In this document: positions 9,915 through 18,976 of the stretch, in pieces
Position numbering within the stretch: position 1 is the stretch's first letter
Layout: each line of letters begins with the position of its first letter
DNA from: Bdellovibrionota bacterium
GTDB lineage: Bacteria; Bdellovibrionota_C; UBA2361; OMII01
DNA: 64,000 nt
Direction: 5' to 3'
NCBI GenBank assembly: GCA_044345405.1
Contig: JBIJBE010000006.1
Coordinates: 40,682 to 104,681, forward strand
The notes under the pieces: generated by a model
The model's input: only the letters and a program-made list of their open reading frames with translations
What the model was told of the DNA's origin: nothing
Databases searched by the model: none
Program-made: the position numbers and the translations under genes

Positions 9915-10892
9915 ATGAGTTCGCTGCGAGACCACTTCCAAACACTGGGGCTAACGGAAAACGCCTCCCTTGATGACGCACTCGCGTCGTACAAGGACCT
10001 CGTGCGGGTGTGGCATCCGGACCGCTTCGGTCACGACGCTCGGTTAAGAAAGAAGGCCGAGGAGCAAACGAGTCGAATCAACGTGGCGATGGCTCAGGTA
10101 CGGGAGTTCTTTAAAAATCCATCTGCGTATCGCCGTCAAAACGAGCCACAAGCGACCCATCGTTCCGCGCCGCCGACCAGCGCCCCTCCCGTAGCACCGT
10201 CGCTTGGAAAGGCGCTCGCTGTTCACCAGCGGAGAGGCGTTTCCTTGGCTCATATCGCGTTCGGCCTCCTCGTTCTTCAGCTCGGATGGTGGATGTCTAT
10301 TGAACACCCTGGAACCGCCGGACAGATTGCGCTCGGCGTGGTGATGTGCGGCTACGGCTTCTCCTCCGCGCTTTTCGCGCTCACAATCCTATGCTTCCGA
10401 AGACCTGTCATTTCCCTGACAAATAGCTCGATCGGGATACTCGGCAGACCAAGGATTCGCATCGACGAGATAGCGGCATCGCACTTGGTGGTTACAACAA
10501 AAGGCTCCGTTTTTACTCTGCAAGCATCACCCCGTTACCTGAAGAGAACCCCGCTTCCGCTCAGATTGTGGCTTCAAGGACTTCTTCTCGCTCGGCGTAG
10601 TCACTACGAGGTGAAAGCGACCGCTCTTGATACGCACCCGGCGGTTATCCTCGACACCTTAGACCTCATAACCGCTCGAGGTGTCGCACCATCGCCAGCC
10701 CCATCTCCGCACGTGGCCGCCTGGGGATACTACGCCTTCGCGTTTTCTATCGTGACCTTGGCAGTGCCGGTCATCCGTCTCTTTATGGAGGGGCCGTTAC
10801 CGCCGACAGCTGTCCTCCCGTACCTGGCCCTCTTTGCCATATTACAGACGAGCTCGGTCATTAAAACGGTCGTTCTAGCGCCAACTCGATAA
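9915..10892 (+). CDS. J-domain membrane protein
   Basis: N-terminal J domain with WHPD; several TM segments. Confidence 0.8.
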   Translation: MSSLRDHFQTLGLTENASLDDALASYKDLVRVWHPDRFGHDARLRKKAEEQTSRINVAMAQVREFFKNPSAYRRQNEPQATHRSAPPTSAPPVAPSLGKALAVHQRRGVSLAHIAFGLLVLQLGWWMSIEHPGTAGQIALGVVMCGYGFSSALFALTILCFRRPVISLTNSSIGILGRPRIRIDEIAASHLVVTTKGSVFTLQASPRYLKRTPLPLRLWLQGLLLARRSHYEVKATALDTHPAVILDTLDLITARGVAPSPAPSPHVAAWGYYAFAFSIVTLAVPVIRLFMEGPLPPTAVLPYLALFAILQTSSVIKTVVLAPTR

Positions 10893-11025
10893 CCCGAGCC
10901 ACCGATTGAAACCTTGGGTAAGACTCGCTATAAATGAGAAAAAGGCACCGTGAGGTGTCTCTTTTGCGGACCGATTCCGGGCTCTCAAGCGTCTAGTAGA
11001 GAGAGACCCAGTTCTTGGTTCTTGG

Positions 11026-11101
11026 GCCGCCCTAGCTCAGTTGGTAGAGCACTTCATTCGTAATGAAGGGGTCGCGTGTTCGATTCACGTGGGCGGCTCC
11101 A
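11026..11101 (+). tRNA. tRNA-Thr(CGT)
   Basis: GCCGCCC/GGGCGGC acceptor stem, D arm AGCTCAGTTGGTAGAGC, anticodon arm CTTCA-TTCGTAA-TGAAG, TTCGA T loop, encoded CCA; 76 nt. Confidence 0.97.
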
Positions 11102-11234
11102 ATCTTCGCTTCCTTCGGAAGCTTCGGCTGGCGGGCCGTCTTCCCTCCTCCACATAGCCTCTCAGGTATCCAACGCTCTCAAATCCCAGACTTCACTAGT
11201 CTCTAATAGTCGTCTTCTAGAGGAATCATTATCA

Positions 11235-12539
11235 ATGGCAACCCCACAGTCATTTGATAAGGGGGCCGAACTTGATACCCTCCATCGGTCTGCTACCAAC
11301 TCTGATGCTACCCATATGAGCCGACTTGCTTCTCCCCCCATCACTTCCCTTGCGACACTGAGTTTCGACGAGCGCGTCGGCAATGCCCTGCAATCACACA
11401 TTCAAGAGGGAGATCCTCTCGGCGGTCGGTACCCTCGTGGTGCGTCCTACCTGCTTCCAAAGTCGGGCGATGGCGGAGAGACGCAAGATTATGGTCGGCA
11501 AGGTCACGAAGGGGGAAAGCACGTTGAAAATGTTTTAAGAGCGGCTGAACTTGGGGAGCATTGCTACGCCTTTTCTGATGGCATGCGCGCAATCGCCGCG
11601 GCTACAACGGCAGCAACTAAGCTGGCAGGAGGTGATCGACCAACCGTGTTGCTTCACCGTTCTGTATATGGAGGAACGCATCGTTTCTTTTCCGAAGAAC
11701 ATCAAGAGAAACACATCTCGTTAGAAAGCATCGACCTTACCGACCCAAACGTTGGTGAAGAGATTCGTCGCAGAAAGCCAACACTAATCGTCGGCGAACC
11801 GGTCACAAATCCCTTGCTTGATGTAGTGGACCTCAAACCAGCTATGGAAGCCGCCCGAGACATCGGCGCGACCATGATCCTCGACAACACCCTCACAACT
11901 GGACGCGCATGTATTCCCCTGCAAATCGCGAGGGAGGTTGGCTTCGACAAACTTTTGAATGTACTGAGCCTCACCAAAGCCTACACAGCGGGCACGCTGA
12001 GCGGCGCGGTTCTCACCGATAATCCAGATCTAGCTAAGCTGCTCTTCGAGGATCGTCGCCGAAAGGGCGGCGCACTTCCGGCAGACAGCGCTGCCTCTGT
12101 TATCGACGGATTCAAGTCCATGGACGTCCGTTTAGAAAGAATGACGCAAACAACGATGGTGGTTCTGGAACACCTTTCAAATAACCCTGTGGATGGTGTC
12201 GAGATATTGCATCCATTTGTGGCGAAAGGGAGGCAACGTGAACTCGCGAATCGTTACCTTGTTGGCTGCCCAGCCGTATTCACTCTCAGGTGTCATCTAC
12301 CCGAGGAACGTTATCAGAACCTACTTGAAGCACTCTCCGGCGTTTTTCTCAGAGCCAATAGTTTCAACGGGCATTATCCGATGATGAGCGAGTCCTCAAC
12401 TCAATCTCATGCGAGCGTGAAGGATGCTCAAGCTAAGAAGGATGCGGGCGTGGAAGCAGGTATCATTCGCCTATCAGGGGGATCGGTCTTCGCTCCACAG
12501 ACGATACTTAACAAGGTAAAGAGCATCTTCCGGGCTTAG
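11235..12539 (+). CDS. Divergent PLP-dependent Cys/Met metabolism (transsulfuration) family enzyme
   Basis: YGR, FSDGMRAI, VYGGT, EPVTNP, LDNT, SLTK (PLP lysine), IRLS; track start 11076 lies inside the tRNA, so ATG 11235 chosen. Confidence 0.8.
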   Translation: MATPQSFDKGAELDTLHRSATNSDATHMSRLASPPITSLATLSFDERVGNALQSHIQEGDPLGGRYPRGASYLLPKSGDGGETQDYGRQGHEGGKHVENVLRAAELGEHCYAFSDGMRAIAAATTAATKLAGGDRPTVLLHRSVYGGTHRFFSEEHQEKHISLESIDLTDPNVGEEIRRRKPTLIVGEPVTNPLLDVVDLKPAMEAARDIGATMILDNTLTTGRACIPLQIAREVGFDKLLNVLSLTKAYTAGTLSGAVLTDNPDLAKLLFEDRRRKGGALPADSAASVIDGFKSMDVRLERMTQTTMVVLEHLSNNPVDGVEILHPFVAKGRQRELANRYLVGCPAVFTLRCHLPEERYQNLLEALSGVFLRANSFNGHYPMMSESSTQSHASVKDAQAKKDAGVEAGIIRLSGGSVFAPQTILNKVKSIFRA

Positions 12540-12660
12540 TAGGGTAGGTTAGAACAGGGAGAGACGGTGTAAACACAGAACCTCACTGCATTCCCCTATA
12601 AAAGCACCCATTCCGCCCCCATCCCTTCAGCCCCCGCGTTGTTCCGCCGACGGACGTCTC

Positions 12661-13767
12661 ATGGAACAGGTACATGCCCCGTCTCGGATCGACGAATCAC
12701 CTCACGCCGAAGCCCCTCAACAGGTAGAGCAGTGCGCCTTCACGGGCACCGGTGATGGATACGCCAAAGTTTTCTTCGCGAACCTTGCGCTTAATTTGAT
12801 CACGTTTGGGTTCTACAGTCCGTGGGCGAAGGTGCGGCGACTGAAATACTTTCATCACAATACGGTGCTCGCTGGGTCATCCTTTGAATACACAGCCAAC
12901 CCGTGGTCGATCTGTAAGGGACGACTCATCGTGCTGGGATTGTTTATTGTCTTTTCCGCGCTCTCCGCGGTTCCGGTTTTGAATATCGTGATGTATGTAG
13001 CGTTCCTGTGCGTCGTTCCACGATTGATCCTGCAAACGTATCGATTTCGAGCTCGTTACTCTGAGTATCGAGGCTTGAAATTTCACTTTAATGGAACCAC
13101 CTGGGATGTGTTCCTGTACTCGATGCTCTATAGATTTTTGGCGATTATCCCCCTTGGGCTTCTCGTTCCGACAGCCCGAGCCGCGGAGCGACGCTACGTT
13201 ATGAGCCAACTCCAATTCGGCACGGCACGGTTCACAGGGAGAACCACCGCTCGGGATTTTTGGGGCGTGTACCTAACCACGGCGGGCGTGGGCCTCCTGG
13301 TCACCCTGCCGGTTATCGCGCTTATCGCCTTCCGGGCTTTTGTCGCTATCTTTTTTTACGCGCCACCCGATCAGGGTGACACCAGCGCCCTCGGCACCTT
13401 CATGCCCGCCTTGATTACAGTCGCTATGAACATCGTGGTTGTTTTGTCGATAGCGCCTCTTTTTCATGCTCTGGTTGGGAGAGCGACGTGGAACGGCGCT
13501 ACCGTGGGTGATGCCACTATTGCCTACGCCCCGAGGGTGAGCTCCCTTCTCAAGCTCGGTGCTCTTAACGCCGTGCTGATCATCTGCACTCTCGGCCTCG
13601 CGTATCCATGGTGCGTCGTTCGCCTTCTTCAGTACAAGATGTCGTGCCTCTCCATAGCAAGCACGGAGGGGGTCCAAAGTTTCGTCGGAACCCAGCAGGT
13701 GGAGGTGCAGGCGCTTGGGGATCAGGCCGCGGAGGTTTTGAACATGGACCTTGATTTTGGATTCTAG
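12661..13767 (+). CDS. YjgN/DUF898 family inner membrane protein
   Basis: FTGTG, ITFGFYSPWAKVR, TLGLAYPW repeats. Confidence 0.9.
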   Translation: MEQVHAPSRIDESPHAEAPQQVEQCAFTGTGDGYAKVFFANLALNLITFGFYSPWAKVRRLKYFHHNTVLAGSSFEYTANPWSICKGRLIVLGLFIVFSALSAVPVLNIVMYVAFLCVVPRLILQTYRFRARYSEYRGLKFHFNGTTWDVFLYSMLYRFLAIIPLGLLVPTARAAERRYVMSQLQFGTARFTGRTTARDFWGVYLTTAGVGLLVTLPVIALIAFRAFVAIFFYAPPDQGDTSALGTFMPALITVAMNIVVVLSIAPLFHALVGRATWNGATVGDATIAYAPRVSSLLKLGALNAVLIICTLGLAYPWCVVRLLQYKMSCLSIASTEGVQSFVGTQQVEVQALGDQAAEVLNMDLDFGF

Positions 13768-13770
13768 GGA

Positions 13771-14835
13771 ATGGCATCACACAAGGTAACCGGGTCTCTG
13801 TTTGATGGATTAAGCGCCAAACCCGAGAGCGTATCGGTAGAGATACACGAGCCTTCCGGCGACATGACGATCTGGCGGGCGAGCGGAGAGCGCAACGAGG
13901 CAACTCGGGGAGACCTCTCCTTTGAACTCTTCGATGATAGTCCCCTTATACCAATCACGGTGCGATCGATCGGTCGAATCGAACTCCCAAACACCCTTGA
14001 GACGCGAGAGGCGCTCGGAAAACATCTCTCGCTGAGCGGGAAGATCCCGGCATGGATGGAGCGATGCGCGTATCGGGCCATCGTGGGAATGGCGGGCGCG
14101 CTCGCTATCATCACGCTCTTTGTGATCTACGCGCCTCCCCTGGTTATTCCACTCATGCGCCCGCTCGTGACCCAGGGAATTCAATCAGCGATCGCAGACC
14201 AATCATTCGCCGTTCTGGATCGGATTATCTTACAACCTTCCTCCCTAGACGAATCAAAGCAACGCGCGGTGGCCGATGACGCTCTAAGATTACAGGAGCG
14301 GTTCTTTCCGGAGCGGCCAATCAAGGTTCTCTTTCGACAGGTGCGTAATCGGCCAACCATGATGAACGCCGCGGCTCTCATTCCAAACAATATGATCATT
14401 ATCGACGCTATCGTGACCGGGCTTACGCATGATGAACTGAAGGCGGTACTGCTCCACGAGCTTGGTCATCTCAAATTTAATCACGGCGTCGATGCGTTGC
14501 TGAGGGCGTCGTTCCTCGGAGTCACCTCACTCATGATCCTCGGTGGCGATCCAGGAACGATGCATGGTATCGCCATCTCCCTTTTGCACGCGCAGTACTC
14601 CCAGGCAAACGAAATGCAGGCTGATCACTTCGCGGCTGAAAGCCTCAAGGCTATGGGGCTCGATCCGATGCTCTTGGCGTCGGCGCTGGATAAACTCGAA
14701 CAAGCCGCGGAGAACTCATCCTCTGACGGCGACAAGGACGCCTCGGATTATTTCGCCTCCCATCCTCGAACGTCTGAACGCAAAGCGGCACTCACAGCGT
14801 TTACGAGTGAACATCCGAATGAGAGGGAGCCTTAA
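13771..14835 (+). CDS. M48 family metallopeptidase
   Basis: NAAAL, HELGH, YSQANEMQAD, SHP; usual partner of YjgN. Confidence 0.9.
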   Translation: MASHKVTGSLFDGLSAKPESVSVEIHEPSGDMTIWRASGERNEATRGDLSFELFDDSPLIPITVRSIGRIELPNTLETREALGKHLSLSGKIPAWMERCAYRAIVGMAGALAIITLFVIYAPPLVIPLMRPLVTQGIQSAIADQSFAVLDRIILQPSSLDESKQRAVADDALRLQERFFPERPIKVLFRQVRNRPTMMNAAALIPNNMIIIDAIVTGLTHDELKAVLLHELGHLKFNHGVDALLRASFLGVTSLMILGGDPGTMHGIAISLLHAQYSQANEMQADHFAAESLKAMGLDPMLLASALDKLEQAAENSSSDGDKDASDYFASHPRTSERKAALTAFTSEHPNEREP

Positions 14836-14856
14836 CACGCTTCTCTCGAAAATAGG

Positions 14857-14892
14857 GAAGCCCCGGGCGCGAACCCGAGGCTTCCAGTTTTT
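14857..14892 (+). terminator. Probable terminator between convergent genes
   Basis: ggaagccccggg-cgcgaa-cccgaggcttcc followed by agttttt. Confidence 0.6.
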
Positions 14893-14927
14893 ATCGCCAC
14901 CACGGCGCTGTAACGAGCGAAACCCTT

Positions 14928-15326
14928 CTACGCTTGGATTCCTACGTCGTTAAAGAATGTTCCTATCAACGACCGCAGAATAAAGGATCCCACGGCGACG
15001 ACGAGGAGGCTTAACGATGCCTTGTACTGACCGAAGGCGGCAGACATGATCGCGCCAACTCCAGCGGCTGCCATGATCAACGCTCCAAACGCCCCCTCGA
15101 GGTAGGTCATAATCGCATTGACCGCGGCATCGATCCTCTCGGCGTTGTACTGAATAGCCGCCCCGGAGCTGACTTGCGCCATGGCGTCATCCACTACGCC
15201 GGCAACAACAATTGCCGTACCCACCGCGAAAAGCGCGAATGAGAACACCGACTCAGCCCGAGGGCCTCCAAACACCGAGCGTCCACGAACGCTCGGCACA
15301 CACGTATCCGTTGTGTCGTTCTTCAT
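14928..15326 (-). CDS. TrbC/VirB2-like pilin
   Basis: Long leader ending AMA-Q, then two hydrophobic helices separated by FGQYK. Confidence 0.55.
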   Translation of the reverse strand: MKNDTTDTCVPSVRGRSVFGGPRAESVFSFALFAVGTAIVVAGVVDDAMAQVSSGAAIQYNAERIDAAVNAIMTYLEGAFGALIMAAAGVGAIMSAAFGQYKASLSLLVVAVGSFILRSLIGTFFNDVGIQA

Positions 15327-15688
15327 ACCGTATCCTTTTTATTTTTATGGTTAGTAACATTGCTTCAATGTAACGACGTGGATTCCACGTCCCAGTTTCA
15401 TAAAGGTTGTGTGCGGGAAGACGAGCGCCGTTTCCTATCGTGACGATCCTTGTTTTACAGGAAGACAGGTTGCGCCTTGCGCGCCATCTCGATCATCGAT
15501 TCGGCACGATCGTACGCGAGTCAGATGGAACCAACGTGAAGAGAATCGTTGATTCCTTAGATGATGTGATGCGGCGCGGTCGCTCGTCGCTGTTCGTTGA
15601 AGCGATTCCGTTCGTGGGGTCGGCTCTTAGAGGCGGAAAAGATAAGAACACGTTTCGTTAGAAAAACCTTGGGCACATCTAAAATCGC

Positions 15689-15716
15689 TCAAGGCAGAGA
15701 GAAAGGTCGCCGATAC
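15689..15716 (+). promoter_or_regulatory. Possible sigma-28 (FliA) promoter
   Basis: TCAAG-N15-GCCGATAC upstream of the 15797 ORF. Confidence 0.35.
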
Positions 15717-15796
15717 ACCCTCTGCGGGGGTTTATGACCGCACCCGCATTCACGGTGGATGTTTGCAAACCATCCCGGACGCAAAAGGAGTTGCGT

Positions 15797-16249
15797 ATGA
15801 GCGTACGAGGACTTAGTGGATATACCCTTTCATGGGTTCAACAACGTGGCGGGGCCCAACCCCAGAAAGCCACCTTCTCCGAGGACAAAGCTCGGAAATC
15901 ATCAAACGAAGCTCGCATAATCGAACAGGAAGGCTCTCAGGAGTTCTCAAAAGATGAACTCAAAAAGATGAGGGAGTTCATGGTCGGGATTGGGGAGCGG
16001 GTCGACTCCATAGATGGAGCCATCAATAACTTCGAGCGGATAGACACCAAGCGAAAGGGGGCGATCACCGCCGAGCAGGTGAAGGCATTCGAAAGCGCCT
16101 CAGCGGAAGGGGTCGTGCCTGCGCAACCTCTTATGCTCGACCCAAACGACGCTACCGCCCCAATGGCAAAGGCCCCGATGGAGAGCTACCTCAATAAATA
16201 CACCGCCAAGACCCAACAGAAGACCTCGACATTCGAGCGAAGCGAGTAG
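15797..16249 (+). CDS. Hypothetical protein with one EF-hand-like loop
   Basis: AAGGAG RBS before ATG 15797; FERIDTKRKGAITAEQV. Confidence 0.6.
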   Translation: MSVRGLSGYTLSWVQQRGGAQPQKATFSEDKARKSSNEARIIEQEGSQEFSKDELKKMREFMVGIGERVDSIDGAINNFERIDTKRKGAITAEQVKAFESASAEGVVPAQPLMLDPNDATAPMAKAPMESYLNKYTAKTQQKTSTFERSE

Positions 16250-16627
16250 CGCGTCCCATGCGGGTCTGAGTGTCCCACTCCCTGACAGACGTCCACGCTT
16301 TCGGGGGCCTGATTCCAGGCTAGAGCCCGGTATTCCCTTACAAAAGTAAGCGCTCAACCCTCAAGCTTAAAAAATCGCTTTATGGATAGGTAATTATCCT
16401 GCTATACTTATCGTATCTGGTGAATTTGTAGGAGGCGTCACGGTCCACCACAGCGAAAACATCAATCGCACCCCTCGACAACAAGCACTCTTCTGCGCGC
16501 TAAAATCCCCTCTTCGCAGTCATCCTCTCAACTCGAACCGTCACATTCTCAACACGATTGGGTATCATTTTATCGTTCCTATAGTTAATCTACGTGTCTA
16601 TTTGCCTAATGGAGGATCCCGCGAACT

Positions 16628-17014
16628 ATGAGAAAAAACCTCGCTGTAGTCGAAGCTACCAAAGATGAGTCTTTGGCCGTATCCAAGCAGATCGTACAGG
16701 CCTGTGAAGAAGTAAAGGCAACCGAGGTCGTAGTTCTTGATGTCGCGTCCGTGTCAGACTTCGCGGACTATTTCATCGTGGCGAGTGGGCGTTCCGATCG
16801 TCAGGTTCAGGGAATCACCAATAGGGTGATCGAAGAATTAGCCAAGGTCGGAGTTCGACCTCTCTCAGTAGAGGGATATGAGGATGGTCAATGGGTCCTC
16901 ATCGACTGCGGCGATGTCGTCGCGCACGTATTCTACGAGCCGGTTCGCTCGGAGTACGACCTTGAGAGCTTGTGGATGCGGGCTCGTAAGCTTGATCTCG
17001 TTAAGGCGGCCTAA
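16628..17014 (+). CDS. rsfS: Ribosome silencing factor RsfS
   Basis: DYFIVASGRSDRQV, WVLIDCGDVVAHVF, YDLESLW. Confidence 0.95.
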   Translation: MRKNLAVVEATKDESLAVSKQIVQACEEVKATEVVVLDVASVSDFADYFIVASGRSDRQVQGITNRVIEELAKVGVRPLSVEGYEDGQWVLIDCGDVVAHVFYEPVRSEYDLESLWMRARKLDLVKAA

Positions 17015-17062
17015 GGGCGACGAAAACAAACTCTGCCGCACTCTCAAAGATGTCTTGCAAAG

Positions 17063-17140
17063 CGATGACGATCACGTCGACGTGGGACGTCCTAGGTAAA
17101 CCGTCGACGGCTCACGGTGTACGTTTTGCGGTCGACGTCA
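17063..17140. repeat. Dispersed GTCGAC-rich intergenic element, copy 1
   Basis: Core GGTAAACCGTCGACGG...CGTTTT shared with 20029-20100 (inverted) and 42923-43020. Confidence 0.65.
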
Positions 17141-17396
17141 GTCATCATAGTGCATCCCTTTGTACACTGCGGATCGCAAGAGGTTCTGGGCAAGGGCAAG
17201 GGAGCCAGGAGGCTAAATACCGTTCTATTTCAACACCCTGTAGTACGACTCAAACCGATGAGCTCTCATACCGGTAATAAAGGTCATGGCCCTTCTCGTG
17301 GTTTTTAGTCACCTAAAAAGGCCTAAGCCTTGTTCTGCCTAGCTCATCATGTCACGATCGAGGCCCGGTTAATTGTATACGTACGCAGAAGGAACC

Positions 17397-18287
17397 ATGT
17401 ACCACGGAGATGTTGAGAATAAGAACGAGCCATTCAGCTTCATGAATATCGTCAAGCAGGGAGTGTTCTGGTCTGTACACCTCGCCTGCCTTGCGGTCAT
17501 CTGGGTTGGTTGGAGCTGGACCGCGGTAACGGTATGTCTCGCCCTCTACGTGATACGTATGTTCGCGATTACGGGCGTTTATCATCGCTACTTCTCGCAC
17601 CGGTCGTACGACACAAGCAGGGTGTTTCAATTTCTCTTGGCGTTACTTGGAACCACAGCGGCTCAGAAGGGACCGATCTGGTGGGCCTCGCACCACCGCC
17701 ATCACCACCGTCACTCAGACACCGAAGAAGATATTCACTCACCGATCGTTCACGGTATCTACTTCTCGCATATCGGTTGGGTGTTGAGCTCTCAGTTCCT
17801 TGAGCCCCGCCTCGACCTCGTCAAGGATCTCACGAAATACAAAGAGCTCACCATTCTTGAGAAGTACAATGTGATTCCGGTGGTCCTTCTCGCGGTGTGC
17901 ACATTCTTCCTTGGAGTGTATCTCCAGAGCGCGCATCCCGAGCTTGGAACAAACGGTTGGCAGATGCTCGTATGGGGCTTCTTCATCAGCACCGTGCTGC
18001 TCTACCACGGCACGTTCTGCATCAACTCATTTACTCACCTGATTGGAAAGCGGCGATTCCCTTCCACCGACCACAGCCGCAACCACTGGTTCTTGGCCCT
18101 GATAACTCTCGGCGAAGGATGGCACAACAATCACCACTACTATCCTGGTTCAGAGCGCCAGGGCTTCTACTGGTGGGAGATCGATGTCTCGCACTACATC
18201 TTAAAGGTGCTCTCATGGTTCGGCTTGGTATGGAATCTTCGCGTTCCTCCACAGCGTGTCTATGAGGCCGCTGGAAAGCTTTCGTAG
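17397..18287 (+). CDS. Acyl-CoA/acyl-lipid delta-9 desaturase
   Basis: His boxes HRYFSH, HRHHH, GEGWHNNHH; AAGGA RBS before ATG 17397. Confidence 0.93.
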   Translation: MYHGDVENKNEPFSFMNIVKQGVFWSVHLACLAVIWVGWSWTAVTVCLALYVIRMFAITGVYHRYFSHRSYDTSRVFQFLLALLGTTAAQKGPIWWASHHRHHHRHSDTEEDIHSPIVHGIYFSHIGWVLSSQFLEPRLDLVKDLTKYKELTILEKYNVIPVVLLAVCTFFLGVYLQSAHPELGTNGWQMLVWGFFISTVLLYHGTFCINSFTHLIGKRRFPSTDHSRNHWFLALITLGEGWHNNHHYYPGSERQGFYWWEIDVSHYILKVLSWFGLVWNLRVPPQRVYEAAGKLS

Positions 18288-18347
18288 TTTGTTTTCACTA
18301 TGAGGCGAGTCATCGCGGCATCTCGCGTCCCGCGGTACCTTCACACT

Positions 18348-18580
18348 CATAAGAACGTAGGGAAGGCCGTTACACAGCTCACCCTGAGTAATGGACGATT
18401 AGATTGCTCCTTCGCTTGTCGAGGGAGATTGGTTCCCCAGTTGGTTTAATCACTAGATTGAGCCGTTCAGTAGAGGGACTAAGCCGGGAATGCCTACGAT
18501 ACTGCTGAGGTAGTAGGTACCGGTGATCTAATGAACTCTGCGCTCGGAACCCGACTATAACTGGTAGTCGGGTTTTTTTT
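18348..18580 (+). ncRNA. Unassigned structured RNA candidate, copy 1 (includes terminator 18548-18580)
   Basis: Multiple helices and two pseudoknots supported by copy-to-copy covariation; 5' end inferred. Confidence 0.7.
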
Positions 18581-18717
18581 ACCTCCATGCCGGACACATG
18601 AGCCAACGTGACCGACGATGAAGCGCACAAGCTATAGGTCGCTGGGTAAATTTCGTAAATTGTTTTCAACCTAATCCCAATCATCGCGGCATCTCGCGTC
18701 CCGCGGTACCTTCACAA

Positions 18718-18949
18718 TCACAGAACGCAGGGAAGGCTGTTACTCAGCTCACCCTGAGTAATGGACGATTAGGTTGCTCCTTCGTTTACCGAGGGAGATT
18801 GGTTCCCCAGTTGGTCTAGCCTAAAAATTAGATCGTTCAGTAGAGGAACTAAGCCGGGGATGCCTGCGATACTACTGAGGTAGTAGGTACCGGTGGTCTA
18901 ATGAACTCTGCGCTCGGAACCCGACTATAACTGGTAGTCGGGTTTTTTT
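18718..18949 (+). ncRNA. Unassigned structured RNA candidate, copy 2 (includes terminator 18918-18949)
   Basis: Same helices with compensatory changes; ends aacccgactat-aact-ggtagtcgggtt plus T run. Confidence 0.7.
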
Positions 18950-18976
18950 ACCTCCATGCCGGACACATGAGGAGCC

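Noticed and set aside
11026-12600. Integrative island at tRNA-Thr
   Set aside because: No integrase and no duplicated tRNA 3' end seen.
18310-18950. Assignment of the duplicated RNA to IscB omegaRNA/HEARO, raiA, RNase P or a group I intron
   Set aside because: Only short chance-level matches (e.g. ctacgtt...aggtacc and cggcttag on the minus strand); polarity evidence favours +; no nuclease or RT gene nearby.
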